The position numbers and the translations under genes are program-made. 32,000 nucleotides of DNA, from assembly GCA_027925225.1 (NCBI GenBank), contig AP027131.1, forward strand, positions 630,109 to 662,108, read 5' to 3'. Source of the DNA: Candidatus Saccharimonadota bacterium. GTDB taxonomy: Bacteria > Bacillota_I > Bacilli_A > Mycoplasmatales > Hepatoplasmataceae. The first letter of the stretch is position 1. Each line of letters begins with the position of its first letter. Below are positions 11,211-21,470 of this stretch, piece after piece. Under the pieces are notes generated by a model that saw only the letters and a list, made by a program, of their open reading frames with translations, had not been told where the DNA came from and made no database searches.

Positions 11211-11753
11211 ATGTTAAATAATAAAAATAATATTAATCTTTTTGATGAAATTTGTGTTTCTGAATATGTTATTTCTAAATTGATAAATAATTATATTTTT
11301 CCAGAAATACATTATAAAAATCAATTAGAAAAACTAAATATTAAATAATCATTTTTAAAAGAAGAACAAACTAAATTAATTCAAAAAAATTGAGATAAAA
11401 TTGAATTTAGAACAAAAAATATTATTTTTTTAGGTTATTCAAAAAAAGAAAAAGATGTTTTTTACTTTTTTTTAACTACAAGCAATTTTAAAGAAAAAGC
11501 AAAACAAAGTTTACTTTATATAAAAAAAGATGGAAAGAAAATTTATATAAATTTAGATAAAATTTACTATTTAAATTTTAATGATTATTATTTTTGATAT
11601 TCCTATGAAAATAAAAATAAAAAAAATATTATTCAAGAAAAAAAATGAAAAAATGAATTTTTAAATAAAATAAATATAAAAAATTTAAGAACTTTAACAA
11701 AATTTACTTCTATAAGAATTTATAAGGATATTTTAAATAAAAAAAGAAAATAA
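11211..11753 (+). pseudogene. Hypothetical ORF of 180 codons interrupted by one in-frame TAA at 11346..11348
   Basis: ATG at 11211, 45 codons, TAA, then 134 more codons open in the same frame (three TGA, no TAA/TAG) to TAA 11751..11753. The downstream part has no in-frame ATG, GTG or TTG. Confidence 0.45.
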
Positions 11754-11783
11754 GATAAAATAATTTTTTTTATAAAAAAAATG

Positions 11784-11798
11784 GCGGGAACCTCCCGC
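11784..11798 (-). terminator. Rho-independent terminator downstream of mnmG
   Basis: On the minus strand the hairpin GCGGGA-GGT-TCCCGC is followed by CATTTTTTTT. It is the only GC-rich hairpin in the intergenic region and lies 72 nt after the mnmG stop. Confidence 0.7.
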
Positions 11799-11869
11799 AC
11801 AATTACTGACTAGATATAAAATCCAGCTCACAAATATTATATATAAAAATAAAAAAAACTCTTAAAAAT

Positions 11870-13741
11870 TTATTTTCTATTATTTAAATAATGAACTATA
11901 AATAACAAATCAGAAAAATTTATTCCTTGAATTTTAGAAGCTTGATAAATTGTTCTTGGTCTTATTTTTGATAATTTTTCTTTTGCTTCCATTGCAAGAT
12001 TTTGAATTTTTTTATAATCAAAATCATCTGGTAATTTTAATTGATAATATTTTTCATATTTTCTAATTTCTTGTTCTTGTTTTTTAATATAACCTTCATA
12101 TTTTATTTCTATTTCAATAGTTCTTAAATCCTCTTTTTCAAGTTCATATTTTTCTATTAATTTTTTTAAAAAATTTTCTAAATGAAAAATACTAATGTTA
12201 GGTCTTTTTATCAAATCTAAAACATGTATTTTATTTTTAATATTGTTATCTTCTAAAATTTTATTTAATGATTCATCTTGATTTAATAAAATTAATAATT
12301 TTGAAATTTCATTTTTAAATTTTTCATGATTAGAAAATTTATTTTTTAAATATAAATATCTTTCTTTATCAATTAAATTATATTTATATGCTTTTTCATA
12401 AAGTCTTTTAACTGCATTGTCACTTCTTAGTAATAATCTATATTCAGCACGCGACGTTAATAAACGATAAGGGTCATCTATTCCCTTAGTTGTTATATCA
12501 TCTATCATTACACCAATATATGCTTCACTTCTTTCAAGATAAAATGGCTCTTTATTATCAATTGCATTTGATGCATTTATTCCAGCGATAAGACCTTGTG
12601 CAGCTGCTTCTTCATATCCTGAAGTTCCATTTATTTGTCCTGCTGAATAAAGATTTTTAAATTTTTTAAATTCTAAGGTTTGACTTAATTCAATTGGATT
12701 TAATGAATCATATTCAATAGCATAAGCATATCTTTTAAAAATTGCATTTTCAAGTCCTTTTATAGATCTAATAAATTGCTCTTGCACTTCTTTTGGAAGA
12801 GAAGAAGAAAGACCTGCAAGATATATTTCATCAGAATCTTTTGTTTCTAATTCAAAGAAAATTTGATGTCTTTCTTTCTCAAAAAATCTTTTTACTTTAT
12901 CTTCAATTGAAGGACAATATCTTGGACCTTGTCCAATATCTGGGGCAGAAAATAAATATGATTTATCAAAATTTTTTTTAATAATATTATGTGTATTTAA
13001 ATTTGTATATCCAAGTCAAGCAGGAAAGTTTTCATATTTTTTTTTCACTAATTCTTTTTCAGTAAAATAAATTGCTTCCTCTGATCCTGGTTCTATTTCT
13101 AATTTATTAAAATCAATTGATTCTTTTGCAATTCGAGGAGGAGTGCCTGTTTTTAATCTAATAAGTTCAACATTTTTTCTTCTAAACTGTTCTGAAATAG
13201 TTAAGTTTGTAGCCTTTCCGTCAGGACCCTCTACTATTATTTCAGTTCCTTTTATTACTCTAGAATTTAAAAATGTTCCTGTACAAAGAATAAATTTTTT
13301 GCCTTTTAAATATTTATTTTTTTTTAAAAAAATGCCTTTAACCTCATTATTTTTAATATCAAAAGTTAAAACTTCATCTTCTATAAAATCAATATTTTTT
13401 ATAGAAAAAATAGTATTTAAAACAAATTCTGGATATTTTATTTTATCAATTTGAGCTCTAAGCGATTGAACAGATGGACCCTTTGATTTATTTAATATTT
13501 TTGTTTGAAGTTGTGTTTCATCAGCTGCAATAGGCATAAGTCCGCCTAATGCAAATAACTCTCTGACAACAATTCCTTTTGCAGAACCACCAATTGAAAC
13601 ATTGCAAGGAAGAAAAGAAACATCTTTTTTTGAATAAGTAACTAATGCAACTTTTTTATTTAATTTCGAAGCAATATATGCTGCCTCAACACCAGCATGT
13701 CCTGCACCGACTACAATAATATCGTATTCCTTATCTTTCAT
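11870..13741 (-). CDS. mnmG: tRNA uridine 5-carboxymethylaminomethyl modification enzyme MnmG (GidA), 623 aa
   Basis: N-terminal FAD motif YDIIVVGAGHAGVEAA is present, and GPRYCPSIEDK is recovered in the gap between fragments 13016..13741 and 11870..12787. Both fragments share one frame, and the gap was checked. Confidence 0.9.
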
Positions 13742-13828
13742 AAGTAAAATTATACTCTCAATATAAAGATAATTTTCTTAATAAAAATCACACTTTATAT
13801 ATTTTAATAAAATATTTTAATAAAAAAA

Positions 13829-13847
13829 AAGAAGATCTTATCTTCTT
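13829..13847 (-). terminator. Hairpin terminator after tRNA-Gly, flanked by A- and T-runs so potentially bidirectional
   Basis: Stem AAGAAGAT / ATCTTCTT with loop CTT. It is preceded by A9 and followed by T7 on the plus strand, so a T-run follows the stem on either strand. Confidence 0.6.
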
Positions 13848-13879
13848 TTTTTCCATTTTTTAAAATTCTTCTTAAAAAA

Positions 13880-13954
13880 TGGAGCGAGTGAAGGGGATCG
13901 AACCCTCATCCTCTGGTTGGAAGCCAGACATAATAGCCATTATACTACACTCGC
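13880..13954 (-). tRNA. tRNA-Gly (anticodon UCC), CCA encoded
   Basis: Acceptor GCGAGTG/CACTCGC, T-loop TTCGATC, anticodon stem TCTGG/CCAGA, loop CTTCCAA giving UCC. Confidence 0.9.
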
Positions 13955-14009
13955 ACATGTATAAAAGTTATTACCTAATTATTATAACATTTTAAGTCGT
14001 AATAAAATG

Positions 14010-14993
14010 TTATAAATAACTATCAATTTTTTTTGGTTTTACAAATTTAACATATTTTAAATATTTATAATCTAATTTATATACATGATATTCAAATAAG
14101 TTATAGTCTAAAATCTGAGTAATGTCATAGTAATCATTAAAATAAATTAAAGGGTCAAAGTGAATTTTAAACATAGTAATTTTTTTTGAATTTTTATCTA
14201 GAACTTCATTTTTAAGATGTTCATAATTTTTTTTAGTAATTAAAAAAAATCTTGAATCTTTTTCAATATCATAAAAAAAACTTCTTTTTTTGAAAAAACC
14301 TTTGATAGCAACTTCCCCAAGATCATTATTAAATCTTGCTTTTAATGTTCTTGGTTTTACTTTAATTAAATAAAAATGTTCATCTTCTTTTTTTGGAATA
14401 TTTTTAACTTTAAAAAATTTATTTTTCTTTCTTTTTTTGAAAAAAAATCTTTTTTTCTTTTTTTCAAAATTTTTAATTCCAGCATCTTTATATGTTTTTT
14501 TTAATCTTTTTAATTCTTTTCCTTTAAATCTTGAAAAATCAAAAGTAAATGAAAGTGTGTCTTCTGTTTTAATTATTTTGAAATTTTCTCCTAGGTTTTT
14601 AAAAATAAATTCATATTTATTTTCAATAGAACTATTCCCAAAATCTACATTTGTATCTTTAATTAATCCTTTTTTAGAAAGGATTAAAAGACTAAAAAAG
14701 AATTTTGAAAATGCAAATCTAATTGCTTCTAATTTATACTGAGAAAATGGAAGTATGTTTTTTAATTCTGAAATTTTAAATTCAACTTCATTTAAAACTT
14801 GTTGGTTTTTTGAATTTTTATATTCCTTTATAAAATTATTTAAAATTAAATGTAAACTTATTTTTTTAGAATTAGATTTTATTTTCATATAAAGAGTATT
14901 TTTTAAAATAAAAAATACAGTAAAAGGATTTTCATGAATTATTACTTCTTTATCATGGTCATCTAAAATATTTTTAGTTTTAAAAAATTCCAT
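14010..14993 (-). CDS. Hypothetical protein, 327 aa, Lys/Phe-rich with a central polybasic stretch
   Basis: Uninterrupted ORF from ATG to TAA. It has no Trp and no Cys. The central segment is KKKKRFFFKKRKKNKFFKVKNIPKK. I recognise no family motif. Confidence 0.6.
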   Translation of the reverse strand: MEFFKTKNILDDHDKEVIIHENPFTVFFILKNTLYMKIKSNSKKISLHLILNNFIKEYKNSKNQQVLNEVEFKISELKNILPFSQYKLEAIRFAFSKFFFSLLILSKKGLIKDTNVDFGNSSIENKYEFIFKNLGENFKIIKTEDTLSFTFDFSRFKGKELKRLKKTYKDAGIKNFEKKKKRFFFKKRKKNKFFKVKNIPKKEDEHFYLIKVKPRTLKARFNNDLGEVAIKGFFKKRSFFYDIEKDSRFFLITKKNYEHLKNEVLDKNSKKITMFKIHFDPLIYFNDYYDITQILDYNLFEYHVYKLDYKYLKYVKFVKPKKIDSYL

Positions 14994-15016
14994 TTTTATA
15001 AAAAATTTTACCTATT

Positions 15017-15775
15017 TTACCTTTTGTGTAATCAATTAAATATTTCTAAATAAATAATATCATTTTTTTGTATATATTTAAAATAAGCTCATTTTGATCA
15101 AAAATATGATGTAAATTTTCTTATTATTAAAAAATCATCTTTAGGAAATTCAATATTTTTTAATTTAAAATATTCATTTAAAAAAATATCTTCTTGTTCT
15201 TTATTTATTTGTCTTTTAACAATAAAACTAGCTAAATCAAATAAATAATTATTAATTCCGCCATATTCATAATCAATTATTGTTACATTTCCGGACTTAT
15301 CAACTAAAATATTACCATCTGTAATATCGTTATTACAAATTACTACATTTTTATTTACTAATTTCATTGCTTCTTTAAAATAAAAATTTTCATTTTTTAA
15401 GATTGGTATTCTTTTATCTTTTTTTAAAAAATTTCAAACAGATTCATAGTTTGGTTTAAAAACATCCTTTATATTTTTTACGTCAATGTTGTGTATTTCT
15501 TTTATTTTTTTAGCAATGTTTTTTAGTAAATCATCAGTTAAATTTTTAGAATTAATTGATTTTGCATCTATGTAATTCATTTCTATATAATCTGAAGAAA
15601 CAAAAAAAAGTTTAAAATCTTTAATATATTTTAAGATAAATCTTTCTTGATTGCCAAAATGATTTATAAAGTCATTTTTATCATAGTTTTTTCTTACAAT
15701 ATTTTCTTTTTTATTAATTCAAACTTCATTAGAAATTCCAACTTTATCTCTAACTCAAAATTCATTGTTATTCAT
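15017..15775 (-). CDS. Choline/ethanolamine-kinase or aminoglycoside-phosphotransferase fold kinase (LicA-like), 252 aa
   Basis: Brenner-type motif ICNNDITDGNILV followed by IIDYEYGGINNYLFDLASF. The start is ATG 15775. Fragment 15098..15367 extends through TGA codons to TAA 15017..15019. All codons were checked. Confidence 0.65.
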
Positions 15776-15816
15776 TCTTATCTTTTATTATTATAAAGAT
15801 TTTTAAATATCAAATA

Positions 15817-17115
15817 CTAACCAGACCAAATTGTTCCACCATTAGCCAATAATAATAAACCTCCTACAAAAATCCCAGGAATTATATTAATTATTTGCAT
15901 GTATCACCAAGAAGTTCTATTTAATGCCAATAAAGGAAAACTAGCATCGCCATCTTGATTAATGGAATTTGCAGCCATAGCCGCATCAGAAACCGGACCA
16001 AGACCAGGTGCTCAACCCGATGATGAAGAACCACCAACACCTAAATAAAACGATGCAAAAGCAATTTGAGGACCACATCCTGGAATCGAGCCAACAAAAA
16101 CAGCAACAAGAACCCCAACAAATCCTCCTGCTAAACCAAAGAATTTATCTCATAAATCTGGAAATGGATAAAAGAATAAACCAAAAATAGCAAGTCCAAA
16201 AAATACTCAAGTCATTATAAAAATAGAACTTAAAAATACATATTTTCTTGTTCCTTTTCATGTACTTAAATTATTATGAACTTCATTATATTCATTTTCA
16301 TAATCTTTGACGGTTGTCCCGGCATCTTTTCCATTTTTATTTGAATCAATAACCATATCAAAATGATTTCTATCATCAAATCCTTTTACTAAATATTTTC
16401 GCAAAAAGAAATAAGTAACGTAGACAACAATAATTACAACAGAAAGAACATCGGCAAAGTATGTATAGTATAGGGCAAAACCTGTACTATCTAATGGTTT
16501 TATACCTTGCGTCTCTAAGACGACATCTAGAATAGTGGCAGGAAATATAAAAAGGAACAATATAAAAAATATTGTTCCCATAACTTTTTCATCATAAAAC
16601 ATAAATTTTTGCGTTGGTTTTTTATATTCTATAAATTTATTTTTCTTTCTTTCTTTTTCTTCTTTTTTATTTGCTTTTTTGTCTTCTCCTTTTACTATTC
16701 TTTTATCAATAAATTTATGAATTGGAGTTAAATCGATTAAATAACCAACAAATATTCCAACAATAAGAGAAATAACTAAAAGTCATAAAAATGCAATTGG
16801 ATCTACAGCCAATATAATAAAAGCCGCATCACCGAACGTGGCAATAAAAGATGCAGATAAAGAACCAAAAGTCATTGTACCTTGTACGTATAGACTTGTA
16901 AGTAAGATTGGTCCTCCACATCCTGGAATTGAACCCATAAGTGCAGCTCAGATAGGTTGTGTATATTTAGATTTTTCTATTTTTCTATAAAATCTATCTC
17001 CACTTATTAAATTTATTGTTTCGAATAATAAGAGAGAAAATACAACTCAACCCATTATATCAATAACTGCATTTGTAAAGGTATCGTAAAAAAATTGACC
17101 TGCAGCACTATCCAT
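15817..17115 (-). CDS. Polytopic membrane protein with internally duplicated GSIPGCG motif; putative transporter of unknown substrate, 432 aa
   Basis: One frame from ATG 17115 to TAG 15817..15819, checked codon by codon. The motif GSIPGCGGP is near 16909..16935 and GSIPGCGPQ near 16066..16092. Each is followed by a GDA(A/S)F-like element. The two halves are joined by a K/E-rich linker. Confidence 0.6.
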
Positions 17116-17213
17116 AATAGACAAATAAAAATTAGGAATAAAATAAAATTTTTAATTAAATGATTTTTGTTGAATATAATCAACTGCGTCATTATTATAT
17201 AATAATTTTTAAT

Positions 17214-17966
17214 ATGAATAAATTTTTTCTAAAATTTAAAAACTTTTTTGAAAATAAAAAAAAGATATACTGAATAATATTTGCAATATCTGCATTTGGT
17301 GTAATTTTTTCAATATTAGGTTGTATTCATAATGCTTGAGGTACTAATGTTGAATATTTTTATTATTTTTTTACATACCAAACAAATACTTTAGTAGCAA
17401 TTTTTTATTTATTAATTGCAATAAATGTAAATTATAAATATAAAAAATTGAATTTTGTTCATAATGAAAAATTGAAAGTTGCAATAGCAACATATATGGG
17501 ACTTTTAATACTTACTGTATTTTTATTAATGATTCCTCTTGAAATCTTTCAGTCATTTGGACTTGGAAAAGGAGCAACTACAACTTTTAATAATAATTAT
17601 GATATGTCTGGAAATTGATATTATTATTTTGGAAATATAATAAAAAATTTAATAATTCATCTAATAGTTCCTCTTCTTGTAATAGGAGAAATATTTTTTT
17701 CTAATAATAGTGAAACAAAATTTAGTGCTCCACTTTTTTGAACGATTGCAGTTTATCCAGTAATTTATTTAATTAATGCATTTTTAATAGGTTATTTTAC
17801 TGGAATTTATCCTTATGCAATTTTTAACACAAATCTTTATGATGTATGACTTGTAATAATTTTTATTTTTATTGAAGTCTTATTTTATAGTATGGGTTAT
17901 TTTATTTCATTAAGGCGAACAAAAAATTACAAAAATCAAAATATTAAAAATAAAGTTAATTTATAA
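17214..17966 (+). CDS. Integral membrane protein, possibly Pr6Pr / FAR-17a-AIG1-like, 250 aa
   Basis: ATG 17214 to TAA 17964..17966 with five in-frame TGA codons. About six hydrophobic segments. The motif FTYQTNTLVAIFYL resembles the FTxQSN signature I associate with that family. The family call is tentative. Confidence 0.5.
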
Positions 17967-17994
17967 TTATTCTGAAAATGGAAATAATTAAATT

Positions 17995-18390
17995 ATGTTT
18001 GAATTAAATAAAGAATTAATAAAAGAATTAGATGATAATACAAGTAAATTAATTTATGAAATAAAAAAAAGCTTTGAAGTTAAAAATTATTTATTAGGAA
18101 TTCTTGGTTTTAGAATTTTTGTTTTACATATTGCAGGACATCTAGGTATGAAAGATCCTGAGAGTTTTAAAAAATCTTTAAATTATATTGAAAAAAGTGG
18201 TTTTTCTTGGCCCTCAGAAAACAATGAAAATGGAAATGAAATTCTTAAGATATTAATAAAAGAAATTAATTCAATTAATCATGATTGAAATTTTGATTAT
18301 AACGAAATTTCTAATTTTGAAAATGCAAAAATTTATTGGAGTTGAGTTAATCCTTTATTATCATTTTTATTTGTTAAATATAATAGATAA
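17995..18390 (+). CDS. Hypothetical protein, 131 aa
   Basis: Fragment 17995..18288 continues through two TGA codons to TAA 18388..18390. It lies 24 nt upstream of metG. No motif recognised. Confidence 0.5.
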
Positions 18391-18414
18391 CTAGTAATTT
18401 ATAATTAAAACAAT

Positions 18415-19917
18415 ATGAAAAAAAAAATAAAGCAATTTTATGTAACTACACCTATTTATTATCCGAATAATAATTTGCATATCGGGCATGCTTATACAAC
18501 AGTGTTAGCAGATATTATAAATAGATATAAAAAAAATGATAATTATGAAACTTATTTTTTAACTGGTTCAGATGAACATGGTGAAAAAATTTATCTTTCA
18601 GCAAAAAAAGAAAATAAAAGTCCAAAAGAATTTGTAGATAAAATAATTATAAATTTTAAAAATTTATGAAGTTTATTAGGTATTGAATATGATCACTTTA
18701 TTAGAACTACAGATGAAACTCATATAAATTTTGTGCAAGAATCCTTTAATAAGTTATTAGAAGAAAAAAAAATATATAAAGGTAAATATAGTGGTTTGTA
18801 TTGTGTTTATGATGAAGAATTTTTTACAAAAACACAAGCAAAAAATAACAAGTGTCCAAATTGTAATAGAGAATTAATATATTTAGAAGAAGATACTTAT
18901 TTTTTAAAAATTAGTGAGTATAAAGACTGAATAAAAAATAAATTAGAAACAAATGATTTTTTAAAACCAAAATCAAGAAGAAATGAATTATTAAAAAACT
19001 TTATTCCGGAATTAAAAGATCTTTCAATCACAAGAGAAAATATTCATTGAGGAATTAATTTAAAAAATGATGAAAAACAAACAATTTATGTTTGATTTGA
19101 TGCTCTCAATAATTATTTATCTACTTTTAAATATAAAAATTCAAAATGAAAAATTGATGATATTTGAAATAAAAAATCAAATGTAGAAATTTTACAAATT
19201 ATAGGAAAAGAAATTACAAGATTTCATGCAATTTATTGACCAATAATTTTAAAAATGTATGGATATAAATTACCACAAATTCTTTCTCATGGTTGAATTG
19301 TTGATTTAGATGGAAAAAAAATGTCTAAATCAATGAATAATTTTATTCAACCTGAAAAATTAATAAAAAAATATGGAAGAGATGCAATAAGATTTTTCTT
19401 AATTAATAATATATCAATAGGAGAAGATGGTAAATTTTCAGAAGAATTATTAAAAAAAAATATTAATGGTATTCTTGTGAACAAATATTCAAACTTAATA
19501 AATAGAATGCTTTCAATTTTATTTAAAAAAACAAATGGAATTATTTTTAAAAGTGAAAAATTTAAAAAAGAAGAAAATGAATTTGATAATTTAAAAGATG
19601 AATTTAAAGAAAAATTAAATTCTTACTCTTTTTTTGAATCTTCAAAACTGATTATAAATTTTACTGATAAGTTAAATATTTTTATTGACAAAAATGAAAT
19701 ATGAAATTTAAAAAACAAAGATTTAGAAGAACATTTATATTTCATATTTAAAGAAATATGAAATTTATCTATTTTATTTAGTCCTATACTTATTGATTCA
19801 AGTAAAAAAATATTAGAAATGTTTCAAGAAGAAAATCATAATTTTGATAATTGAAATAAAAACTTAGATAATAAAAAGATTATTAAAATAGATTTTTTAT
19901 TTAAAAAAATTGATTAA
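18415..19917 (+). CDS. metG: Methionine--tRNA ligase, short form without a C-terminal tRNA-binding domain, 500 aa
   Basis: Contains the HIGH motif (NLHIGHAYT), the KMSKS motif and the zinc-knuckle segment KCPNCN. The conserved YVWFDAL uses TGA for its Trp at 19093..19095. Fragments 18415, 18733 and 19321 share one frame. Confidence 0.9.
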
Positions 19918-21470
19918 CCTAAATTAAGATCTTCTTCTAAATAAAATGACATATTTATTTTTCTATGTTTTAATTTATTTTCATCATATCTTGATGATGC
20001 TTTAATTAAATTTGCTACTCCTATTTGTCCTATAATCATTGTTAAAATTCCAAAAATTTCTGTAGAAATTCCAATTGTTGAAATTCCATTTACGGTTGAT
20101 GTCCCAATTGAAAGTCCAGTTGTCCCAAAAGCAGATGTAGCAATAAATAAAGCGCTTAAATAAGAATCGATATTATCATTAACCCAAACATCCTCTATTG
20201 AAATAATAATAGAAACACTAAATACAATTACTAAAGAAGAAAGGAATATTTTTTTACTTAAATCAATTGTTTCATTTGAAATTTTTTTATTAAAAATAAC
20301 ATTTTTTCTTTCTTGTTTTTTAAATAGTGAAAAGAAATATATTAAAAGAATAGCTGTTGTTGTTGTTCTTATTCCACCAGCTGTAGATCCTGGCCCTGAA
20401 CCAATAAACATCATCAAGATATATATTCCTTTACTTGTGTCAGAAAGCTCATTTAAATCAAATGTTGAAAATCCACAATTACGTGTTGAAAAAGTATTAA
20501 ATGTTAGTGCTCAATATTTTTCTCCCATATTTCCATAATTGGAATTACCTAGAAATGAGCTCCCTTCATCAATTGCATATTTTATTGCTTCTGTAATATA
20601 AACAAGAATTAATCCAATAAAAGCAACCGAAAAATATATTAATGCAGAAATTTTTGTGAATAAAGAAAATTTAAATCCTTGTCCTTTTGATTTATTTACA
20701 ATATTTTTCTTAATATCATAAATTACAGCAAATCCAATACCTCCAAAAATAAATAATATTAATGTTAATACTTGAAAACCATAATTACTATAATATTCAG
20801 CAAGAGATGTATTTCCATTTAATATATCAAAACCTGCATTATTTATAGAAGCATTTGCATGAAAAAAGCCTGTTCAAAAAGATTGGCCTCAATCGCCTTT
20901 AAGTTCTGTTCCTGTATAACCTGCATTTATATAATCTTCGGAAGGTCTTGGATCTACTGTAGCAAAAATAATTCCAAAAATAATTCCAAAAATAATAATT
21001 CCTAAAATCATAGAAAATACAGCAACTTTTATTATTTCTTTTGTTTCTGAATTATGTGTTTCTCCAAGCTCTCGCTTAGCTTCACTTTCTATTTTTCTAT
21101 TTTTACTATTATAAAAAATAAAGGTAATTATAAAATATTTAAAAGTAAATCAACCAATACCTCCGAGCATAATAAGAAAGAAAATAATTAATTGACCAAA
21201 AAGATTATAAACATCGCTTATTGAAAATACATTAAGACCAGTGTCTGAAAAAGCAGAAGAAGAAATAAATAGAACATCTAAAAAATTTATATCGTATTCT
21301 TTTCCATCTGAAGTTTTTGTAAAAGGGAAAAATAAAAGTAATGCTCCAATAAAAATTATTAATAAATATCAAAGTATTAATTGTTTATATCCTTTATTTT
21401 TATAAAGTAATTTTTTATAAAGTTTATAAAAAAAAGATCTATTTTCTTCTACTTTATATTCATTATCCAT
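19914..21470 (-). CDS. ktrB: K+ transporter membrane subunit KtrB/TrkH, 518 aa
   Basis: Four pore-loop-type motifs: SAFSDTGL, NAGFD, RNCGFST and SAFGTTGLS, plus GSTAGGIRTTT. The whole frame 21470..19914 was checked. The ATG overlaps the ligA stop by 8 nt. Confidence 0.85.

Noticed and set aside
11782-11830. GC-richer patch starting TGGCGGGAACCTCCCGC, considered as a tRNA 3' remnant or a small RNA such as SRP RNA
   Set aside because: It has no T-loop (GTTCGAATC-type), no cloverleaf and no GGAA tetraloop with symmetric bulges. A stem-loop followed by a T-run on the minus strand is better explained as the mnmG terminator.
12793-13454. Two plus-strand ORFs (62 and 103 aa) within mnmG
   Set aside because: They are antisense to mnmG, whose frame is continuous and contains GPRYCPSIEDK here.
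14437-14742. Plus-strand ORF (101 aa) inside the 327-aa hypothetical gene
   Set aside because: It is the antisense complement of a Lys-rich region. The longer minus-strand ORF, with operon context, is preferred, although neither has homology support.
16008-16190. Plus-strand ORF (60 aa, Gln-rich)
   Set aside because: It is antisense to the membrane-protein frame that carries the second GSIPGCG motif.
20964-21002. 12-nt tandem repeat AAAAATAATTCC x2, plus an imperfect third copy, in ktrB
   Set aside because: It encodes a GIIFGIIFGIII stretch within a TM segment. It is in frame, is ordinary low-complexity duplication, and shows no evidence of phase variation.
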